A stretch of 64,000 nt of DNA from Rebecca billardiae RCC1528 (lineage: Eukaryota > Protista > Haptophyta). Shown here piece after piece: positions 56,005 through 64,000 of the stretch. The notes beneath the pieces were generated by a model. It searched no databases. It had not been told where the DNA came from and was given only the letters and a program-made list of their open reading frames with translations. Numbering within the stretch: the first letter of the stretch is position 1; every line of letters starts with the position of its first letter. Both the position numbers and the translations under genes were made by a program. Location of the stretch: positions 2,418,001-2,482,000 of the forward strand of contig OZ251230.1 of the NCBI GenBank assembly GCA_965240325.2. The letters are read 5' to 3'.

Positions 56005-56900
56005 TGCGGCCGTCGAGTTGCTGTGCGAACAGGCGGCGCGTTGATGCTTGCGTGGCATTGGAACGCTGCCATGCTCCGCTCTGCGCCCCGCAAATTGCTC
56101 CTCGTCGACTTTGCCGCGCCTACGATCAGCGCGCATGGGAGCGTCGCCTCCGGGAAGTCGGAATGAGCAGCCCGCGCCGGCATCAGCAGTGAGCGCCCGC
56201 CTGACGCGCGATGCGATCGACTCTGGGCACGAGCTGCGGCCAAACGGGGACGCATGTGCCTGCGCGCAAGCCGTGCTACCATGAGCCACTGATCGTGCGT
56301 TTTGATGCAGCTTCAGACGGCTGTTGACCAGTGCCGATCAGTCTGTGCACGAGCTATGCATGCAGCATGCAGCGGCACATGAAGAAGCAACCAACTGTGA
56401 GCGCCCCGTGAAGCGATGAATCGGAGTCGACGGGTTGTGCTTGGGCGCGGCAACTTCTACGCGTTTGTGTACACCGCCTGCACACGCGGCTGTCGTCGTG
56501 CCCCGCCTGAGTAGTTGCTCTGACGAGTAGTCCTATCATCAACTATCAAGGGCTCGGGCCATTCGCTGAACAGGGCAAGAAGAAAAGTTGCGTGCGAGGT
56601 GCATGCCATACTCACGGTCGATGGCTCGAGGCGGCACGACTTGCGCGCAGAAACATACTTCCTCGCTCAGCCGCAGCACGTGCCCCGAGTTGGTCGCATT
56701 CCGCGCCAGGCGGGCGCTCACAGCTGAGGCCGGCGCGGACTCGGCTCGGGCATTCTGACGCGACGCTCGCATGCGCGCTGCTCGTAGGCGCGGCAAAGTC
56801 GACGAGGAGCAAGCTGCGGGGCGCAGAGTGGACGAGCACGACAGCGCTCCAATGCCACGCAAGCCACGCGCCGCCTTCGCACGGCAACTCGACGGCCGCA
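56005..56900. repeat. ~290-bp diverged inverted repeat pair (56005-56299 / ~56610-56900)
   Basis: For example, GCTCCTCGTCGACTTTGCCGCGCCTACGA occurs on + in the left arm and on - in the right arm; similarity extends across both arms. Confidence 0.8.
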
Positions 56901-57211
56901 GCGCCTCGCGCCGCGCGCGCGGCCGAGAGGTGGTGCGCGCCGTCCGCCAGTCCGGGTTGGCAGTCCTTGCCTCCTTGGGCAGGCGCAGTCCGGAGCAGGG
57001 TGCACCAGCGCCGGCCGGGCCCGGCCTCCCTCTCCCTGGCCCGGCGGGGCTAAACCCCTTCGGAGCACTCGTGTGCGCACACGCGGCCGGGAAAGCACTC
57101 ACGCCCGCGGACTCGCGCCAAACAAAAGCGTGGCGACGCGACCCCACAACGTGCGCCGTGCAGCGGCGGCTGTGCCCCGAGGCGACGACTCGCGAGGAGC
57201 TGACGCGGGAC

Positions 57212-59802
57212 ATGGCAAACGCGCCTACGAGCGGCGATTTGATGCACCAGTTCGGGTCGCTCCTGGCACAGGGCGTCGATCTCGACCGCCACGACGCAGG
57301 CGGACGGACCGCCCTCATGCACTTATGCTTCCATGGACAGGCCGAATGCGTGCGGCTGCTCCTCGAGGCGGGCGCTGACGTTCACATCAAGGATGAGACG
57401 ACGGGTCAAGCCAACGCGTTGCATCATGCATGTAAATCCGGCCACGCTGTATGTGCGCAGCTGCTCCTCGAGGCGAACGCCGACCCGGATGCCTTCACCG
57501 CGAGCCCCAGGGCGACAGCCCTCCAAATGGCGTCCCATGGTGGCCATGCGGAATGCGTGCGCGTCCTGCTCAACGCAGGCGCGAGTGTAGATCCACATGT
57601 TGCCACGGCGGCCGGTGCGATCGATGTCGCCTGCCTCGAAGGCCACGCCGAGTGCGTGCAGCTGCTGATCGCGGCGCGCGCAAACGTCAACCGCATCGAC
57701 CACAATACAGGGATGCCGCAGCCAATCTCATCTGCGGTGCAGGAGCTGCGCGCGCCTTGCGTGCGGCTGCTGCTCGATGCGCATGCGGACGTTGCCACCT
57801 ATGAGATGTCGGTTGGCAGCATGTCTGATGACACGCTGCTGGCACACGCCGTTTGCGATCAGCCACAACTGCGCACCGACCACACGCCCGCTGAGCGGCT
57901 GCAGGTGGTGCAGCTGCTGTGCAAGGCCCAGGCGCTGCGCGGGATGCGCATGGGCGATCTCCCTGGGCGTACTATGCTTATTCTGCGGTATGCAGCTGGC
58001 GAGGGTGGAGACGAGCTCTCTGCTTGGCTCGAGCGCGCGTGTCAGTGGCCCACTGCCCTGCACCACGTCGAGCTGCTGAGCGAGGCGGAGGCCGTGGCGC
58101 TGCTGCGCGCGCTCACCAACGCCGACGCCCTCAGCCTCAGCCACCGCGGCGAGCCGTCCTCCCTCGCTCTGGCCCGTGCCATGCTCGCAACCGATCCGCA
58201 CCACGGCGCCGCGGCGGCCGTGGTCGCGGCGGCCGGCCCGTGGAGCCCCAACCAAGACCCACCACCTCTTCCCGCCGCCCGCGCGCGCGCGCGCTGTGGA
58301 GCTGCTGCCGCTGGGGTATGAGCTGGCCGCGGACGCGCGGTTTGGCGGCGTGCACTCGAGCACTATGCAGCAGCTCTGGGTGGAGCACGTGCTGCCGCGC
58401 GCTGTCGAGCGCGGGCAGCGCGCGTGCGCCGCGTGCGGCAGCTGCGGCGGCCGGCGTCGGTGCGGGCGTTGCAAGGCGGTGGTGTACTGCAGGTGCGGCG
58501 CGACGGTGTGCGAGCGCCGTACGCGCGCTGTGCCGGTGTACGGCCTCGGTGCTGACACGTCCCCTGCGCGCCCCTGCCTGTCCGATGTGCGCGCGTCGCG
58601 TGCGCTCCTACGGCGGATTCATCGCAGTGAGCGGATATCCCACTGCAACAGATAGGATCTGATCCTATGGCATAGGATGAGTTCACCAGAGCGCCAGCGG
58701 CTCAGTTCTACGCATACGATCATCGGTGTTGCTATATCGTACACACAACTCCACCGGCTGTCGACACACACCATCTCCGCCTGCCGCCACTGCCACGGCG
58801 GTCGCGCGCGCGCGCGCGCGACCGCGCGCGCGCGCGCGATCCTATGCCATAGGATCCGCGCCAGGGACGGCTACATAGGATCGGCATGACAGCGTCAGTT
58901 GCTCGCCCCTGGCAGCCGAGCGGCGACCCTGGGCACGGACGGCGCAGGCGAGTGCTCGCACCGGATGCCCGCGCTGCCGCCCGCACCGCCGCCCACGCCG
59001 CCAGGCGCGTTGCTGCCCGTGGCACACCGATTCTGGGGCGGGGCGAAGAGAGGGCAACCGCCATCGTGCGTGCGGCCACGGACCTCCCACGATGGTGGCG
59101 GCCGTCCTTGTGGACCACTAGCCCACGAATCCAAGAGCGTGCGGGTCGAGCGTCGCGTAAATCGACTGCGGCACACGCATGGCGTGTCTACAGGTGCGAT
59201 ACCATCCACGCACGCGACATGGCAAGATGTTCCGGCTACCTCCGAGGCTTGCTCTACATGCGTGCCGATGCTCGATCGCAACCACCTGACGACGCGAGCG
59301 ACCCGCAGCGGCTTGTGCGCGCAGCCCCGGCGTGACGTACAATGCCATGCTTGGCGAGGACCAAAACGCATTGTGATTGAACCTCGTACGGCTCCGGTCG
59401 AACACAGTGAACCACGATGTGTGAGCATCAAGCTGGGTGTCATCACAAGTGCCACATGTTGGTCGGCGTTGCCACCGTGGAGTCGCAAGGCGGCAACGAC
59501 CGCGACGGCTTCACGCGCTCCATCCGTGGAGCCCAAAACATGCGGTGGTGGTCGAAAATCACAACAAGCTCGCTCTGGCGGATGGTGGCGACACTGCTAC
59601 CGACCACTAGGTGCAGTCGTACCATTCGGCAACATGAGAAAATGTCGTCTGCTGAGTCGTCCCTGGGGCCATCCTATGCCATAGGATTGAATCCTATGGG
59701 ATAGGATCGCAGTGGGATATCCGTGAGGAATGCCAGCGGCGCGACTGGCGTTCACACCGCAAGCAGTGTGGGAAGCCAATGATCTGGAATGTGTTTCTGT
59801 GA
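57212..59802 (+). pseudogene. Ankyrin-repeat + MYND zinc finger, copy 2; 4-bp frameshift at 58248-58255 and a transposon in the last exon
   Basis: Paralog of copy 1 including 5' flank. Intron 58493-58627; the MYND exon is split at AG|TGAG..insert..TGAG GAATGCCAG. Confidence 0.8.
58632..59723. mobile_element. Non-autonomous DNA transposon: 15-bp TIR, 4-bp TSD (TGAG)
   Basis: TGAG-CGGATATCCCACTGC ... GCAGTGGGATATCCG-TGAG. The paralogous empty site in copy 1 has a single TGAG. Subterminal ATCCTATG.CATAGGAT palindromes. Confidence 0.93.
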
Positions 59803-60534
59803 CGACGATAGTGATACTGTAGGGGCCTGTTGGAGCAGCTTATACTCGGTACGCATACGTAAAGCGCGCGGTAGCGCAGACTACGACTATGTTGTGTCGG
59901 CCAGTTGCGGCATGGAGACCGCGGCTGCTCGGAATGTTGATGCCTGTAATGCGCGGCCAGTACCGTTTCACTTATTCAGTATTATATTATTCTCATCAGC
60001 ATCCGACGCAATAATTAAATCGGAAGACTCGTTATTACCGCCGCGGCCGGGCGGTCAATCTACTACGTACTACTAGAGTACCATTCAGACACGGGCTGAT
60101 TGCCGGGTTGCACCCGGCATCTATCAATAATGCTACTAGCTGCATTCACCCCGGTCCTACCGGAAGGTGTGATGGAGGGTAGCTGGGTAAGCTCACGGAT
60201 CAGATCAGCTGCGTCAGAGCGCAGCGAGCAGCATCAGTAAGGTGGTTGGCGACGAATGACGATGACGATTGATGAAATGTTTCGCGCGCGCTGATGTGGC
60301 GAGCGACGCTCAGGCCATCACGGTCGCCCACTCACCGGGCACACGCCAGTTATTAATTATATATATATATTAATAATCGTAGTATAAGTACGTGCGCGTA
60401 CGTATTTACGCCAGCAATGCGCAGGGCTCGCCGCCCGCCGCTGGCCGCTCCACTTACTACTTAGTGCCGCGCCCACTGGCCACTTCATCGACACATCGTC
60501 AGCATCAATAATCCGTCCGTTCACCCGACCGGTA

Positions 60535-63500
60535 TCATGAATCATCAGCATTGATGATCGTCACGAGCGTGTCGTCCGTCATCGTGCCGCCGCGAGACAG
60601 GCGGGACAGGCGGGCCGAGCTGGCCTCCGCCTCGAGCTGCTCCAGGCCCTGGGCCCACACGCGCCTCTGGTGCGCGCGCACGCTTGGCAGCGCCCACCAC
60701 GCGAGCGCGAGGCCAGCCGGCTCGAGCGCGCACAGCGCGAGCACGATCGCAGCGGCCCACGCCCTGAGCATGGGTACCAGCGCCTCGCCGGGGACTCGGT
60801 CGCCGCTCGCGGCGACGACTGCAGCCAGCCCAGCGGTGCCGCCGATGAGCACGGCCATGGCGATCGGCGCGCGCGATCGGCGCGCCGGCACGCACGTCTC
60901 CGCCACGCGCGCGCGGCCGCGCTTGTGCCGGCGCCCTCGCATCTCGAGCGCGTGCTGCCGCGCGTACCACGCCGTGGGCTCGTGCTCGCTCACGCGCTGC
61001 CGGCGGCTCGTGTCGAGCACGCGCAGCAGCGCGCGCGCCTCGAGACTGGTGAGGGGGTCGCCCAGCTCGGTCATGAGCGTGGACAGCGCGCGCGCGTCGC
61101 ACTGCCCGTCCTCGGCCGAGCCGAACGAGCTGTAGATGAGCTGCAGCGCTTCGAGCTCGCGCGCGTCCAGGGCGCTGTGCGAGGGCCGGCGGACAGCGGC
61201 GAGGCCGGCCAGGCTGGCGCGGCGCGCGCGCGAGGCCGCCGCGCCGAGCGCGCCGCGCACGCACGAGGCACGTGCGGCCGGCGCGGGGCGCGGCGGCGGC
61301 GACGGCGGAAGGGCGCGCGGCGGCGACGGCGGCGGCGAGGCGCGCGGTGGCGCGCTCGGCCTGTGCGCGCTGTCCCTCCGCTCGTCCGCCGTGTCGCCGT
61401 TGGGTGCGGCCGCGGCCGCGGGCGCCGTCGCCGCGCGGCGCGCTGCGGGCTCGACCGAGCCGCGCGCCCGGCCGCTAGCAGCGGGCGTGTGTGCTAGCAC
61501 CAGCGGTGCGTTGAGTGACGGCGCGGCTGGCGCGTTGGCGGTGCACGGCGCTTGCCGCCGATCGTCGCGCTGCGCGGCGGCGCGGCGGCCCACGACTTCG
61601 GAGGCGGCACCGGCTTGTTGTGCGGCGCGTGCGCGCACAGGCCTCACCTGGCCACACGCGCTCGGCGGGCCCGACCGCGACGACGGCGGCTGCGCCTCGC
61701 GGGCGGCGCCGACCGGCACGCACGTCGGCTGGAGCGTCTCTCGCGCCAAGCGGCTGGTGAGGCGAGCGGCGGGTGTGCGGGCGGCGGGTGACAGCGTCGG
61801 CGGTGGGCGCACGCCGCGCTCCGCGCCGGCCAGCACGCCGGTCGCGGCGGCAGCGGGGCCGCGCGGAGCCGGGGCGATCGGACGGGTGGGCGGGATTAGC
61901 GCCGGCTGCTCTGAATTCCTCGGCGCGCGCAGCTCGGCCGCGTCCGCGCGTGACGCCCGCGCCGTCGGCCGCCACCCGCGCGGCGGCTGGGCGGCGTGCT
62001 GGCGCAGTGTCGGAGCCACCCGGCCGCGCCCGGCAGCCGGCGCAGCTGCGGCCGTGGCGGGCACGCTGTGGCCGGAGCGCTCGGCGGCGAGCTCTGCAGT
62101 TGAGCGCAGCGCGGCGCCGCTCGGCTGGTGTGGGCGCGAGCGCTCGGGGCGGGGCGCGCCGGCGGCGGCGAGGGCGGCGAGGGTGCTGCACGCTGGGGCG
62201 GCGGCGCCGCCCGCGCCGCCGCCCTGCGCGCGCGGGCTCGGAGGCGCGGCGATGCGCGCGCGGCAGCCCTCGCCCTGCGCGCAGCTGCCGTGGCCGTCGC
62301 CGCCCGGTGCCGATGTGGCGGCGGCGTCGGCGCGATCAGCCTTTGGAGCTCCGCCGGGTGCACGCCGCGGTTGCCCCCGCCGCGGCCTCGCGCGCCCGAC
62401 CGAGCTCTCCAGCCGCAGCGCGAAGCTGTTGGTGGGCGCGATGGCGCGCGCCGCGCCGCGCGCCGCGGCGGCCGACTCGCGCCGGAGCGACTTCAGGTCC
62501 GCTTCGAGCAGCTTGACGACCATGTCTCTTAACGCGTGGTACAGCCGCACGGTGGGCGGCGGCGGCTGCTGCGCGCGCGAGAGCGCCTCGCGCAGCAGCC
62601 GCGCGCCCAGGAGCACCAGCGCGCCCGCCAGCGCGATCACGCCCACCGCCGCCGGGAGCGGAAGGCCAGTCGGCGTGTGAGCTCCGTCGGCGCGCGCCGC
62701 GGCGCCGTGCCCGGCCTCTCCGCCCGACGGCGCCGCGCTGAAGAGTCCGACGGCGACGGCGAGCTGAACGAAGAGCGTCGAGCACAAGCTCTGCGCCAGC
62801 AGCGCGCGCTGCCCCGCCTGCTCCGCCGCCATCAGCACCGCCGCCAGCACCGAGTGCTCGTCGGCCAGCAGCCACAGCAGGCTGGCGCACACTTCCGCAG
62901 CACTGCTCCGCGGCGGCCGGCGCGGCACCTCGAAGGCGGCGCGCTCGGGCAAGCGCGGGCGCTCGTTCGGGGCGGCGAAGCGCACCACGCCGCTTGTTGC
63001 GAGGGCCCCGCTGTCGCCCGGTGTCGACGGCGGTCGCCGCACCTTGGCCGTGGGCTCGACGCGCAGCGCGGGCCCAGGGGCCGCGAAGCCGGCGCGGCGC
63101 GCGTCCGCCCCCGCCACCTCCGCCTCCGCCTCCGCCGCCGCCGCCGCCGCCGCCGCCGTCGCCGGTTCAATCCTCGGCTGCACCTCCGTGCCCTCCTCCT
63201 CCTCCTCCTCCTCCTCGCTCGTGTCTCCGCACTCGTCGTCCAGGCTCGGGCTTGCGCGGGGCGAGAGCGGCCCACCGACCCTCCGCTCGCGCACGGGCGT
63301 GCCAACGGCCGTCAAGTCGTCGTCGTCACACCTGCCGCCGTCCGGAGCGGTCAGGCTTGGGCACCCGCGGGGAGAGTAGAGAGAGGCGGTGGCATCGGCG
63401 CGGGCGCGCGCCTGCGTGCTGACGGTGAGCGCGCACTCGGGCGAGGGGGCAGCGGCGGGCGTGTCGCGCGAGGGCTCGATCCGCGCCGCCATCTCGTCCG

Positions 63501-63957
63501 CCGACCCCTCGCTCCGCGCCTCCTCCTCCTCCTCCTCCACTGCAGACGCGTGTAGGCTGGCGAGCTCGGCCGCGCGTGCGCCGAGCGCGGCTGCCGCGAC
63601 GGCGGCTGCGTGCTCTGAGCAGGGCGCGGCTTCGTCGGCTCGCGGGGCGGCGGCGTGGGGCGTGGCCATGGTGCCCACGACCGAGTGCAGCCTGGTGAGC
63701 ACGAACGAGCGCCGCGCCTCCGACTTGCGCACGAGCGTGCTCGAGTGCCGGCCGAGCAGGCGGCTGCTCCGGTCGTCAGGCGACGCGGACGCGCCCGCGC
63801 TCGCGCGCTCGGACTCGTACCAGCGGCGGTGCTTCCAGAGCGCGCGGCGGTCGTAGATCGCGGCGAGGAGGAGGAGGCAGCCGTTGAGCGCGACGAGGAG
63901 GTACACGGTCCGCGGCACGGTGCGCGCGGCGAGCGAGACCACCGCCGCAAACGCCAC
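60535..63957 (-). CDS. Partial membrane protein with a C-terminal EF-hand-like pair (5' end probably outside window)
   Basis: Several TM helices; ELEALQLIYSSF...DGQCD...L..LM.ELGDPLT..E..ALL..LDT....RVS..E EF-hand pattern. Confidence 0.55.
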   Translation of the reverse strand: MAFAAVVSLAARTVPRTVYLLVALNGCLLLLAAIYDRRALWKHRRWYESERASAGASASPDDRSSRLLGRHSSTLVRKSEARRSFVLTRLHSVVGTMATPHAAAPRADEAAPCSEHAAAVAAAALGARAAELASLHASAVEEEEEEARSEGSADEMAARIEPSRDTPAAAPSPECALTVSTQARARADATASLYSPRGCPSLTAPDGGRCDDDDLTAVGTPVRERRVGGPLSPRASPSLDDECGDTSEEEEEEEEGTEVQPRIEPATAAAAAAAAEAEAEVAGADARRAGFAAPGPALRVEPTAKVRRPPSTPGDSGALATSGVVRFAAPNERPRLPERAAFEVPRRPPRSSAAEVCASLLWLLADEHSVLAAVLMAAEQAGQRALLAQSLCSTLFVQLAVAVGLFSAAPSGGEAGHGAAARADGAHTPTGLPLPAAVGVIALAGALVLLGARLLREALSRAQQPPPPTVRLYHALRDMVVKLLEADLKSLRRESAAAARGAARAIAPTNSFALRLESSVGRARPRRGQPRRAPGGAPKADRADAAATSAPGGDGHGSCAQGEGCRARIAAPPSPRAQGGGAGGAAAPACSTLAALAAAGAPRPERSRPHQPSGAALRSTAELAAERSGHSVPATAAAAPAAGRGRVAPTLRQHAAQPPRGWRPTARASRADAAELRAPRNSEQPALIPPTRPIAPAPRGPAAAATGVLAGAERGVRPPPTLSPAARTPAARLTSRLARETLQPTCVPVGAAREAQPPSSRSGPPSACGQVRPVRARAAQQAGAASEVVGRRAAAQRDDRRQAPCTANAPAAPSLNAPLVLAHTPAASGRARGSVEPAARRAATAPAAAAAPNGDTADERRDSAHRPSAPPRASPPPSPPRALPPSPPPRPAPAARASCVRGALGAAASRARRASLAGLAAVRRPSHSALDARELEALQLIYSSFGSAEDGQCDARALSTLMTELGDPLTSLEARALLRVLDTSRRQRVSEHEPTAWYARQHALEMRGRRHKRGRARVAETCVPARRSRAPIAMAVLIGGTAGLAAVVAASGDRVPGEALVPMLRAWAAAIVLALCALEPAGLALAWWALPSVRAHQRRVWAQGLEQLEAEASSARLSRLSRGGTMTDDTLVTIINADDS

Positions 63958-64000
63958 CTGCGCGAGGCTCTGGCTCGAGGACGCTGCCGCCGGCAGGAGG

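Noticed and set aside
59706-59730. CAG in the right TIR as an alternative splice acceptor rescuing ankyrin-MYND copy 2
   Set aside because: It would add 11 nt (out of frame), and the gene is already frameshifted upstream.

Overview
GC-rich eukaryotic nuclear DNA with short, GC-rich GT(GCG)..CAG spliceosomal introns, (TA)n microsatellites and a 200-N assembly gap. The style suggests a haptophyte-type alga such as Pavlovales; this is inference only. About 20 protein-coding loci are supported: a GT8 glycosyltransferase, an SDP1/TGL-type patatin lipase, sulfide:quinone oxidoreductase, a signal peptide + 2xPUB + Lon-protease locus lacking its AAA+ core, a DUF262/GmrS-like protein, a family-6 (hypoxanthine) DNA glycosylase, a degenerate TrmA-like/P-loop fusion, a TIR/HET-like protein, a GT47, bL17, a FAM228-like protein, a UDP-glucose/GDP-mannose dehydrogenase, a switch-degenerate kinesin, a duplicated-module membrane protein, two disrupted ankyrin-MYND paralogs and a partial EF-hand membrane protein. 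There are also three non-autonomous TIR elements. The standout is a ~1916-aa gene (13609..19493, one intron) that fuses a CYP74-like cytochrome P450, a multi-pass membrane segment and a C-terminal lipoxygenase domain. It looks like a single-polypeptide oxylipin synthase. The LOX iron-binding motifs are mostly missed in the ORF track because they lie in a second frame after the intron.
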